Source: Felis catus (lineage: Eukaryota). From it: DNA of 64,000 nucleotides. Every line of letters begins with the position of its first letter. Position 1 is the stretch's first letter. Below are positions 1 through 11,351 of the stretch, one piece after another. The stretch covers positions 79,050,001 through 79,114,000 of the forward strand of contig NC_058371.1 in the NCBI RefSeq assembly GCF_018350175.1, read 5' to 3'. Under the pieces are notes generated by a model, which was given only the letters and a program-made list of their open reading frames with translations, ran no database searches and was not told the DNA's origin. Both the position numbers and the translations under genes were made by a program.

Positions 1-1407
1 CTGATGTAGCAATGAGAAGACAGGCACTGGCCTTGTTTTCAAAGATCTAATCTTTAAGAATGAAGAGATTTATTTTGGACCCGATAAGCATTAAAAATTG
101 CAGCAGGGTACTTAAAAAACATCCTTACCGTTGATAGCGGCCCAAATCCCTGGAGTTCTTTCTCTCTGCCTTAGAGTGGTACCCATAGCTTCTTGACCTG
201 TATTGATCAAAGTGGTGGCACCTCAGGATGACTTCCCATGACTGTGTCCCTTGATATTTGGTTGGTTCATCTTGCCTAGTTGCTTCCCATGCGTGCTGAT
301 CCCACCAAACGGCCCTGTGGCATCTGCTAATGCTTGCATGGGACATTGTCTAGAAGGGAGCAGCTGTGCAGTGCGAACTCCTGCAGAATGACCATAGCTC
401 CTTCCCAGTTCCAACTACAGCATCTGTCAGGAAACGGAATTCTTCACTTCCTGTTACTCCCTCAACTCAAGCTGTGAAAATAAGCTCTTCACATTCTTGC
501 TGAAAAATTGAACTTCACTATGAAGATTTCTGGCCACCTTAGAGGTTTCTAAGTCATTTCTGGTCTTAGGACAACTGAAGCAGCTCTGGTTGGTCTCCTC
601 AGAACATGTGCCATGTCTCTGTCTCTTTTCACTCTTATAACGGATGCTAGGAAACGTGTGTGAAGAAAGGCTGGAACTTCGGGAGCCACCTTCTAGGAGC
701 TCTCTCTCAGCTCCCTTCAGTTCTTGAACCACCATAGCATGTTACTATTTCCCTCAGAAACTTCAGAACTCACCTGCAGCAATGGCCTGAGAAGCCAGGA
801 GACAAACTTGTGTGAATAATATTTTTAATGATTTTATTCTTGAAGACCTCTCCACACAAAGTTTTCTTAATCTAGAAAGACTCAAACTAAGCCATTGCTA
901 ATTCTAAAATTAGTTCACCAGTGAAAACTCAGTTTCATCTTTATTTGGCATTTCATGATAATGACTTAGAAACATTTGCATATGTTAAGTAGCTCACTTT
1001 TTTTTTTAATTTTAAAGCAGACACTTAAAGCCTATAGAATAAAAACACCTTTCCATTCTGTATATACTCCTATTTTTCGATAAATTGAGTTAAGTTAGAC
1101 ATTTTAAGCCAAATTCAAAAGATAATGCAAAGGAACAACAGGAAGCCCAAGAGGACTGTGTAATTAAACGATCAGTCATTCTTGGTTCTCACTGTATATC
1201 ACGTTCATCTGTCAAGTCTTTGTTTTAAACCCACTCACCCGTGCCCTACTCCCAGAGACCCTCATGCAGTAAATCTGAGGGAGCACGGGCATCTTTACTT
1301 TTAAAATAGTATGCATTGTACATCAGTACACTAGAGCCAAGAACATCTGTTCTAGGGGTTACTAGAACACTGGCAGCAGTTTTCTTAGGATAAGAAAGCC
1401 CTTTCAT

Positions 1408-1650
1408 TGTTTGTTTTTTAAATGTTTATTTCTTTATTTTTGAGAGAGAGCGAGCATGCACATGAGTGAGCTTGTGGTTTGGGGAAGGGGCAGAGAGAGA
1501 GGAGTAGTTGAGAGTCCCAAGCAGGCTCTGTACTGTCAGCCCTGTCAGTGCAGATCCTAATGTGGGGCTCAAACCCAAAAGTGGGAAATTATGAACTGAG
1601 CTGAAGTCAAGAGTCAGACCCTTAACCAACTGAGCCACCCGGGCGCTCCT
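1408..1650 (-). mobile_element. Can-SINE (older SINEC type), antisense
   Basis: Reverse-complement tRNA-like head (tgagccacccgggcgctcc), GA-rich body, T-rich tail. Confidence 0.85.
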
Positions 1651-1864
1651 CTTTTTTTTTTTTTTTTTTTTTAATGTTTATTTTTGAGAGAAAGAACATG
1701 AACAGAGGAGAGGCAGAGAGAGAGAGGGAGACACGAAATCCGAAGCAGGCTCCAGGCTCTGAGGCGTCAGCACAGAGCCCAATGTGGGGCTTGAACCCAT
1801 AAACCATGAGATAATGACCTGAGCCAAAGTCGGAGGCTTAACCGTCCGAGCCACCCAGTCGCCC
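1651..1864 (-). mobile_element. Can-SINE (SINEC_Fc-like), antisense, tandem with the previous copy
   Basis: Poly-T tail, then gagacacgaaatccgaagcaggctccaggctctgag ... gagccacccagtcgccc. Confidence 0.9.
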
Positions 1865-2484
1865 ACCCTCATTGTTTTTTTTTTTTTTTAAAGCACCATT
1901 GTTTTATTTATTTTTTTTTTCTACTTAGCATTACTTTTCTCTTTTTAAGTAAATCACTAATCAGCATTTGGAAAATATTTCTTTATCAGGAGAGGTCCCC
2001 TAAAAATGACATTTGAAGTTAATATATATTTGTATTTTCCTTGTCAACTCTAACAGCCCTTCAAAGGCCCATGTTAGCTTTTAGTCCACTGACTTTATTG
2101 GTTTGTGCTTTTCTAAGCAATAACTTTTAAAATTTTACATTTAAATGCTACAAATATTTGGGGACAGAGTGTTCAGAATGCAAAGATGAAGGAAGGTTTC
2201 TTATTGTCAGAGAGGAAAAGTCTGAAACAGTGACCCTACAGCTCTCTTCTGGGGAGCCAAGAGTGAGGAAAGAGATGAGAAGGCTGAGAATAATCTCAGG
2301 AAGGAAACTGGGGGGTGAGAGAGTCCATGGAAAGGTTTGTGATTTTTTACGAGAGAAGAAACAGATTTAGAAATGCCATCTTAGGTGTCACCTCACGTTT
2401 GTTCATTTGCTCCTACCTCATACCCTGGACATGTGTAGACATTTGCCCCCACTGAGGAGAGAGAAAAGGAGCTAGGTTATATCT

Positions 2485-2500
2485 CCCCCCCCCCCCCCCC
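2485..2500. repeat. C16 homopolymer
   Basis: Direct reading. Confidence 0.9.
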
Positions 2501-3351
2501 ACTTAGAGTGCCCCCATGCCAGCACTGTGGCTGTCCCCTCTCAAGCTGGTAGTCAGTGGGTCAGATGTTTGTGTATGTGGTGTCGTCCAAGACCTCAAGT
2601 GGGTCTGTTCTCCACACTGTTCTTCAGAGTAAAGGACATCTTGACCCACTTCTCCATTCTTTCCCAGTAGAGATGGTTTGGTCACATCATTAAACTCTTT
2701 TCAGATAATATTAGTGGTGACATATTGTTGGCTTTCCAGTTGTTTCATGATTAAACAAAAATCCTTATCAGGCTTTAAATATTATATAAGAGATTTTATT
2801 AAAATACTCCAGAGTCTAAGACCGATTCAAAATAAAACTTAAAAGACTTAGCTGTATTTGATTTATTTACTCTAAGGTTCACTAACTGCCCCATTCCCAA
2901 CAAGCTTTCGTATCCAGTAGGTCAGTTTTTTTCAAAATGTTTGACTCATTTTCTTCTTTAATAAACAGAATCTGAAGCCTCCCCTTAGGTTATTTGAAAT
3001 TCAAAATAAATAGGATCCCGTGACTGAACATAACACAGCGAACACAAGGCTTGGTTTGTTTTCAACTCACATACACCCCTTTCGCCTCTACCTGCTTACC
3101 CTGCCCCTTGAAAGGTTCTGTGCCACTCCTAGGCTCTACCCTGTGTAACTAGTCCTTCCAGCTGCTCCAGTGTGCCCTCCACACCGCCAGTGACTTCTCC
3201 CGCCCACAGCTCCCTCTGGTCCTGTGCTACAGAGAAGTTCCTGCCAGTCAGTCTCAGTGGTTTGAGTGACAGCACACTTTGTCAGGCACAGCAAAGTCCT
3301 CTCATTTGCAGTAGACATAGGAAGGCCAAGAAAACCACCTGTATTCCTATG

Positions 3352-3724
3352 TGTACACGTTTCCCATCGGTGCTATAACAAAGTACCACAAACTGAAAAC
3401 AACACAAATTTGTTGCCGTATATTTCTAGAGGTCAGAAATCCAAAATGGGTCTCACTGAGCCAAAATAATATGTCAGCAGGCTGTGTTCCTTTGTAGAGG
3501 CTCAAGGAGGAAATCCATTTCCTTGCCTTTTTCAGCTTCTAGAGTCTGCCCATATTCCTTGGCTCATGACTCTCTTCCATCTTCAAAGCCAGATTAAAGG
3601 CATCTTTCCTACCTTAATGTATTTCAATCTGTAGGGTCCCTTCTGCCCTATAAGATAACACATTCACGTGTTCTGGGCATTAGGTGGTAAATGTCTTTGG
3701 AGGACCATTGTTTTGCCATCACAC
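3352..3724 (-). mobile_element. MaLR solo LTR, MLT1C/D-like
   Basis: gctataacaaagtaccacaaactg...ctagaggtcagaaatccaaaatgggtctcactgagccaaaat...ccttgcctttttcagcttctag resembles the recalled MLT1D consensus. Confidence 0.8.
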
Positions 3725-3799
3725 TATTAACAACCTATACCCATCAAAACACACTGCCGCTTTGGGATTTCTGGATTGCTTCCTGACTTGGGCCCTCTA

Positions 3800-4345
3800 C
3801 ATACTCACCCAGCTCATTCCCCTCTCCCCTTACCCCCTGGCACCACTTCTTTCCATGAAGCCACTCTGATTTCTTGCTCACAACTTTCTGGTTGTGCCTT
3901 TGTCCACACAATTCTTAAATGGCCTACATATTCCTTCCGTATGCTAATTAGTCTCCATCACCCACCCCAGGCCTGCTTCAAACACTGCATCACCTCCACA
4001 TTAAGTGCAGCCCTCACAGTTCAATCTTTTACACAGTTGGAAAGAACTTTCACTCCCTTTTAGGCTGTTCCAGATATTATATATGTATGTATTTTATTAA
4101 GACTTCTTGTATAGAGTTTTTTATTACTTCCTTAGATGAAGTTAATTAGTATCTCCTCTGTGCTTCCAAAGCCCCTATTGTAGCATTTATCAGTTTTTAT
4201 GACAATTATTTGTTTATAGGTATTTCATGCCAACTAGTCAAGAATTTCTTAGGAGCAAAGTTGTCCCTTTGTCTTCATATCTAGAGCACTTGGAACAAGT
4301 CGGTTAGTGTTTAATAAATGCTTACTGAATAAATGAGTGAATGAG
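3800..4345 (+). mobile_element. L2 3' end fragment
   Basis: Ends in ctagagcacttggaaca...ttaataaatgcttactgaataaatgagtgaatga, the typical L2 terminus. Confidence 0.65.
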
Positions 4346-6220
4346 CATGCAGTTAAACCTTGCACATACATAGCTAAGCTGACTTTAGCAAAAAATTGTA
4401 AGTTTGGTTATATAGTTATTAAAGGCACAGTAGGCTTCATTTTGTAAACAGTCCCATAACAAAGATTCCAAGGATGATATTTTAAGAAATTTCTATAAAT
4501 ATTGTTGTTTCCATCCCTTTACCAAGAAGGTGCAGTTTCCAAAAAAAACATATAAGTCTTGATCATAATGTTGACTTATATAGTATAATTTGGCAACTTC
4601 TTAAATGATAACATATTGCAAAAAAGTTTTTGTGTATGTCTTCATTTACTGATGAGGAATTTTATGTGATTTTTGAACTTCCAAATTATGCTTATTTAAC
4701 CACAGTTTTTGTCCCCAACATGAGAGAATGGCCATCTTGGGATAGCTCTTGTAGCTATTAAGGTGGAAATTCTAGCCCTGGTCTGGTAATTTGTAGTGAA
4801 GTTTAAGTTTAAGGTCAAGAGAGGCTAGTTTGAGTTGACCTGGAGTGAAAGGGCTAGAGAAATGAGCCCCCAAAATAAATCTGAAAAGACAAAGCCAAGA
4901 GGTAATGGAAAGGAAACACAGGAGTGAGGGAAACCTGAGATGAATAGGTTAAGATGAAGATTTAGTTGAGCAGCTTAGTGAGATCCTAAATCCCAGGGAT
5001 CATGAGCTTCATCAGTGGAATCATGGTTTCCAGAACATTTGTAACCCAAGGTCAAAGTCAGGTATATGTACTGATTTCAGGTGAGAGAGGGACCTGTCTT
5101 CCCAAGAACTTCACCAAGATTGACAGAAACAAACGCTCAGCCCATGTTTGGATGGCCAGTTGAGTAAAGCAGAAATAAGCAATGCTGTGTTCATGACCAT
5201 AAACATGAAGACAGTATTCTGGCTCCGTTTCTGGGAAATAGAGAAACCTACAAGCTGAAGAAGGAGAATGTTATCAGACAGTATCTGTGAGGCCTCCACC
5301 CATTAGGAAAATGTGTGCCTACCTAACTGAACAGCATGAAACCACACTCATGATTGAAGTTACTCTGGGCAGGTTATACCTGGAGATTCCTTCACACAGT
5401 AGTCAGGTTTAATTGCACACTTAATTTGGCTGGGCGCAGCGCTAGCATTCATGGGATGGGGAAAAGGTGCAACTTCCGAAGATGAGAAACAGGCTATAAA
5501 CCTAGGGGTGTGCACCTTTTTCCCTCCAGGTGGTGTCAGCAGGATGTTGACCATGGGGAGCAGTGCCAGCAACACAGCTGAAGGAAGATTATGCTTTGTT
5601 TCATTACAGGAACAGATATTCTTTTAATGGATAGTTAGTAAGGAAGCCTATTGTATAAAGCCCAGCTTGAATTTTAATGTGAGAATGTTGAAGTCAGTCA
5701 GTCATTACTCATTTTTTTTTATGAGTGTAATAACCTACAGGATATGCACTTGTCAGTCAGTACACACACCCTTTGGGCGTGGTAGGGCACTTGGCCATGC
5801 CTTTTAAATTGTAAACCTGATGCTGTGATTACACTAAGCTGCAGGAACTTCTCTAGTGCACCGTATGTTGTGCCCATGTTGCTCGTAAAATATGTTTGTG
5901 GTGTGGCACTGGTAATAAGACTTGGATTTCCAGAAAACTAAACGTAAGTTTTAAATGTATGGATAGGTTCCAATCCTTTACAACACCGGTGACACAAATA
6001 AGGAATTCTGTATAGAATTCACCTATCTGTAGAGAGCAGGGGAAAACCTTCAGTGCTTCATCTGAAAGGGCATGGCCAGCTCTCAGCTCCAGACATTTGT
6101 TGCCATGGGAGAAAACAGGCAGATCTTGCCAGAATTTAAGATTTCTTTTTGAGATATCAGAAATACAATTTTTTTGTGAAATATGCCACATTCTGAATGA
6201 TGAAAATGAAGGGGTTTTTT

Positions 6221-6246
6221 TTGTTGTTGTTGTTGTTGTTGTTGTT
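6221..6246. repeat. (TTG)n microsatellite, about 9 units
   Basis: Direct reading. Confidence 0.9.
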
Positions 6247-6429
6247 TTAATTTTACTTAGCTTACTTTCCAGTTTGTGACTTTTGCTATCAAGGAAACTA
6301 ACTTAAGGAGCATCATAAATTAGCATGCTGCTTACTTCAGTTCTCATTTGCTTGTTTTTATATAGTCTAGGAATTTAATTATCTTTCTAGCTTACTGTTC
6401 CTGTTTTTCTCAACTTCCGTAGCGTAGAC

Positions 6430-6660
6430 CAGTGGTTCTCAATCAGCAGCAATTATATCCCTTGGAGGGATATTTGGCCAAGTCTGGAAATACTTTTGGT
6501 TGCCACAACTTAGAGTGAGAGTGTGCTACTGGCCATTAGGGGAGTAGAGGGCCAGAGATCCCGCTAAATTGCATAGGCCTCTACGTTGCATAGGACAGAA
6601 CCCAACAACAAATAGTTTTGTGGCCCCATATGTCAATGGTGATATGATTGAGAAATCTTC
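6430..6660 (+). mobile_element. MER20 (hAT-Charlie non-autonomous DNA transposon)
   Basis: cagtggttctcaa...tttggttgccacaact...ggccagagatcccgctaaa...tgtcaatggtgatatgattgagaaa; flanked by gcgtagac / atgtagac (8-bp TSD, 6/8 match). Confidence 0.85.
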
Positions 6661-6784
6661 ATGTAGACCCTGTTTTTAATTTCTGTGTATCCCTCCTTCC
6701 CTTCTTACTTGCCTTTCTTTTAAAGCACTTTTTCCCAGATACTCTGTTTCCTCTTCCTGGAATGTCATTCAGAACCTTTAGGTT

Positions 6785-6962
6785 GGTAGTTCTCAATTTC
6801 AGAATGTAGAAAAAATCTACATGGGAGTTTCTAAAAAATGGAGACTCTCAGCCCCCACTTGTAGATATTCTGACATGTGGATCTGGGGTGGGCCAAGATT
6901 CTGCTTCTTGAAATAAGCAGGTGATTCTAAGGAAGACCGTGCACAGACCACAGTGAAAGTGG
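6785..6962 (+). mobile_element. MER5A-like hAT-Charlie element
   Basis: gtagttctcaa...gatctggggtgggccaagattctgc...caggtgattct...accacagtgaaagtgg. Confidence 0.7.
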
Positions 6963-8944
6963 TAGGACAGTCCTCGTTTTCATAATATCTGCTTCTCTCC
7001 ACTTTTTTTGGATCCTTTATTAGTTGAACTCCTTAACTATATTGTTACTTTTACTAAGCCTTTAAAAATTGCATATCTTTTAATAGTTATTTACACTTTG
7101 GGAAATAAACTAAAATATTTATGGACAATCAGTCATCCAAGTAGCTGAATAATATATCTTACAGTTTCTTTCCAAAATTTCTGGTCTCTTTTCTCTACTT
7201 TTTTTGTAATATACTATATGTCTTTTCACTGGTTGATAGTGCTTCCCTGAAAATAAAAGATTAAAAACTTGAAAATATTAGAAATAATCCATGTAAGTGA
7301 TTCCTTGACCAAACTGATGCATATGAAATATTACCATGTAGTTGTTCCATAGAGGCAAAAAGGGGAGGGCATTTATAGGCACATAAGAGCTATTTCTCCT
7401 AATGCTTCCTGGAACTCAGGAAAACTACATGTTTATGCAGATACCTGCCTTCAGGAGCTTCAGCTCATGACTGGCATCCCATGTATTATAAAAATTGAGT
7501 TCAAATCACAGGACTTTGATAGGTCTACAGCAGTTATTCAGTGTCTTGTTGAAATTTATAATTAGAAGGATATGTGGCAGTTATTTGGATCATTTATCAA
7601 GGCATAGCCTCTGGGATGTCATTACCAACACAGATGTCCTTCCACACAGATAAGACAACTTACAATCATTGTAAGTTGCAAACATCGTTGGTCTGCTAAC
7701 CAGCTTGCCACCAAGGGTCATGGGTAACTTTGTTATCCAACTTTGACCACTTCTCATCATAATCCCAAAGAAGCTATTTTAAAGAAAGCTGGAATTCTAT
7801 CCGGATGGCTTTGTGTTTATTGGCAGATATTAAAATAGTTATCGAATGTCCTGGGGAGAGGTCGTTAGCTTCTCCCTCATAATATTCATCAAATGTTTTT
7901 CATAATAAATAAATACAGGTAAATGTCTTGCTGAGCAAATGTGTTTTCACGGGTTTCCCTGAGCCCCTCCTCTGTAAAAATCCTTATGGCTGACCCTACC
8001 AACAGGCTACTGTACTTGAAATGATGAGGCCATGTGTAGAAATCCCCTTTACCAGTTGGAATCTCAGTGAATTCATCTTCCTGGAACTTTATTTCATCTG
8101 ACTTAAAATGAGGAGATTAAACTGGCTGATTTGTGATGTTCCTTCTTGTTCTAGAAGGCTATAACTCTGTTAGAGTGCTCACAATATAGATATCCAACGT
8201 TGAATCGTCGGGGGTCCATCTGTGGCAGGAGAAGATCACAGCTTTTCTCTGCATCCCTACCCCTTCCCCAAGGATGTGTCAGGGTCAAGGGCAGAATCAT
8301 TTCCCATGATTGCATCCACAGAAAGGAAATCATGCTGATGTGTCAAACTCAGCAGTACAAATTGGACCCTAAGATTAGGGATGGAGAGTACCTCTTTCCT
8401 GGATCCTGTCTCTAGTCTTGTTCTTCTGTGAAGTTAAAGAGGTAAAACACTTATTTTTGGTTTTTCCCTTTTTCATCTCTCATTAGACTTTCTCAGGGTC
8501 AGAAGTGGCAGGGCTGCCTGCCCTCTCCTACTGTACTTGGCTTGCTGCTTCTTGGAGGGCACCTGACCTGCCTTTGTTATCATACCAAGGTTTCATTGAG
8601 CCCCTGGCTGCAGTTATTTTCTGGATAGACTAGCCTAGCTCACTGGGGCTTGGGGTGAAACCTAACATACTCTCTATTTCCCTTAACAGCTTTGTTAGAG
8701 AATGGCAACTGTAGTCCTCACGTTAAGACATATAACCAGTTTTCGAATGTCAGGAAAGCATTCATTTATTTATCTTCCCTTTTTTCCCCCTTTATTGCTG
8801 TGCAATAAAATGCTTTAGACAAGTTCTGAGCATGAGAATACAGAAACCAAACAAATGAATGTAGAGTGTATCATTATTCTGGGCATATCTCATGATCTTT
8901 TATTCTCTGTGATCATGTCTGTAAAGGGAGAATAGTTGAATCTA

Positions 8945-9160
8945 AAATTTTTTTTTAATGTTTATGTATTTTTGACAGAGAGAGACAGAGCATGAGTGGG
9001 GGAGAGCAGAGAGAGACGGAGACACAGAATCCAAAATAGGCTCCGGGCTCTGAGCTGTCAGCAGAGAGCCTGATGTGGAGCTCGAACCGACAAACTGTGA
9101 GATCATGACCTCAGCTGAAGTCGGATGCTTAACCACTGACTGAGCCACCCAGGCACCCCC
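8945..9160 (-). mobile_element. Can-SINE (SINEC_Fc-like), antisense
   Basis: Full head, body and tail; TSD gttgaatcta at 8935-8944 and 9162-9171. Confidence 0.93.
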
Positions 9161-9185
9161 TGTTGAATCTATATAAGAATTTCTA

Positions 9186-9494
9186 GGGTTGCCTGGGTAG
9201 CTCAGTTGGTTGAGTGTCTGACTCTTGATTTTGGCTCATGTCATGATCCCAGGGTCATGAGGTCAAGCCCTGTGTTGGGCTCTGTGCTGAGCGTGGAGCC
9301 TNNNNNNNNNNNNNNNNNNNNNNNNNNNNNNNNNNNNNNNNNNNNNNNNNNNNNNNNNNNNNNNNNNNNNNNNNNNNNNNNNNNNNNNNNNNNNNNNNNN
9401 NNNNNNNNNNNNNNNNNNNNNNNNNNNNNNNNNNNNNNNCCCCCCTTGCGTGTGTGCTCTCTCACACACACACTCTCTCTCAAATTGAAAAGAA
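9186..9494 (+). mobile_element. Can-SINE (older type), sense, interrupted by N-gap
   Basis: gggttgcctgggtagctcagttggttgag...; TSD aagaatttcta at 9175-9185 and 9495-9505. Confidence 0.9.
9302..9439. other. Assembly gap (138 N)
   Basis: Run of N inside a SINE. Confidence 1.
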
Positions 9495-10750
9495 AAGAAT
9501 TTCTAATCCTAACTCTGGGCCCCAAAGAAATTGCTATTAAAGAATACAAATTCTTTGCAGGGAAGGTTATAGGCTTGTATCATCCCCATTCAGTTATGGA
9601 AGTTAAAAATTATTATGGATGCTAAAAATTGTGTTTTACATGGTGTGTAACTTAGAACCACATTGTCTGTTTGAAAATCCTAGCATGAAATTGGCCCTAA
9701 CCCAAATCAGCAATGAGGAACTTACTCCTAGCAAAGACCTCTGCTCTGGGGTGACAGCCGTGGGCTACCCCATTACACTAGAAGAGACTTGTTCTAACAT
9801 CAGCAAAGCCATCAGTGAAATTTATCATCAAAGACACCATGAATTCTTCCCAGTTACATATAGAGGTGTTAAAAATCACAACATGCTAGCAGACTTTGTT
9901 TTAAATGAAGGGAAACCTATCTTTGGAACATAAGCAGAATACCGATAGGAAAATGGTAGGCAATTTGTGAGAAGAAACCCTAAGTGTTTTTGTTTAATAT
10001 CCTTATTGTAAATGTGACATTACTTTAAAAATTACTAACAGTGGCATAAATATGAATTACAGCACAAAAGGAAAACTTCCAGAATGGCCCAATTATCCTT
10101 CCGGAACTACTTAAATCGTCTCCAGAAGACCTCCTCAGGGCAGCTCATCTTCCAGCTCTGGCAGAGATGGGCTGACTTGTTTTCATCTAAATCTACTGTT
10201 CTTTCTCCTCTGTGAAGGCAAAATAGATTATAAGGAATCACTCAATATAAAAAGGGATCTAATGTTTACTTCTCCTAAAAGTTTCTTTTTGATGAGTTAG
10301 CATCATATTTATTAACAACTTTCTTAAATGCTTTCTTGGACCTTTTGCTTTTAGTTTAGCTAAGTGATATACATTTGAATAATATTTTTGAAACTTAAGT
10401 GGAAAGCATATTCTTTTAAAGACTCTTTTTGTCCAGCCTGCCGTGCTGAATTAGGTTTTGAGAGAGTCACCAAAGCTCTGGAATTTACACTGTGGCAGAA
10501 TACCAGATGAAAAAATAGCCGTTCGTCTTCTAAACAGAGCTGCGAGGTCAGGCATGTGTGTCTGCCCCCACCCTGGCATGGCTCTGCTCACCACCAGGCA
10601 GCTGAGAAGGCCTCGTCCTCAGCAGGGACCTGAGACCTGCCAACACAAGACATCATCAGAGCGCCTCAAAATGTTTTAGTACTAACTCTGTGTGCAGAGA
10701 AAAGTTGGAATGAAACCATGAGAAGCAAATGTAAGAGAATCACTTATTCA

Positions 10751-10889
10751 NNNNNNNNNNNNNNNNNNNNNNNNNNNNNNNNNNNNNNNNNNNNNNNNNN
10801 NNNNNNNNNNNNNNNNNNNNNNNNNNNNNNNNNNNNNNNNNNNNNNNNNNNNNNNNNNNNNNNNNNNNNNNNNNNNNNNNNNNNNNNNN
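10751..10889. other. Assembly gap (139 N)
   Basis: Run of N. Confidence 1.
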
Positions 10890-11138
10890 GACTTATTCTG
10901 ATAATGTCAGTGGAATAAAATGTAGAGTAATATTTATTTAAAATGCATAAAAGATACAAACATTGACATTCTCTCTTCCCTCAGGCCTATTTAATTGCCC
11001 CCCCCCAACTTGAGTGGCATCCTGTTAACTCATTAACATGTACTTATTACACTCATCCTTTTTTTATATTAGTCTTAGCTTCTAATATGAATATATATTT
11101 TTTAATTCTGCTTGGCTTCTTTGTCTTGCATTTTTAAA

Positions 11139-11351
11139 TTTTTTTTTTCAACGTTTATTTATTTTTGGGACAGAGAGAGACAGAGCATGAACGGGGGAGG
11201 GGCAGAGAGAGAGGGAGACACAGAATCGGAAACAGGCTCCAGGCTCTGAGCCATCAGCCCAGAGCCTGACGCGGGGCTCGAACTCACAGACCGCGAGATC
11301 GTGACCTGGCTGAAGTCGGACGCTTAACCGACTGCGCCACCCAGGCGCCCC
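11139..11351 (-). mobile_element. Young SINEC_Fc (felid Can-SINE), antisense
   Basis: CpGs intact; diagnostic ggcgcagtcggttaagcgtccgacttcagccaggtcacgatctcgc on the minus strand; perfect 17-bp TSD tgtcttgcatttttaaa at 11122-11138 and 11352-11368. Confidence 0.97.

Noticed and set aside
125-735. Three minus-strand ORFs (73, 63 and 93 aa)
   Set aside because: No recognisable domain, different frames, no coherent exon structure; lengths expected by chance.
5067-5086. AG|GT recursive-splice-like motif ctgatttcag|gtgaga (similar ones near 35585 and 38228)
   Set aside because: Pyrimidine tracts too short or weak; such motifs occur by chance at this frequency.
9619-9933. 104-aa plus-strand ORF
   Set aside because: No similarity I can recognise, no convincing splice or promoter context, within intron 4.
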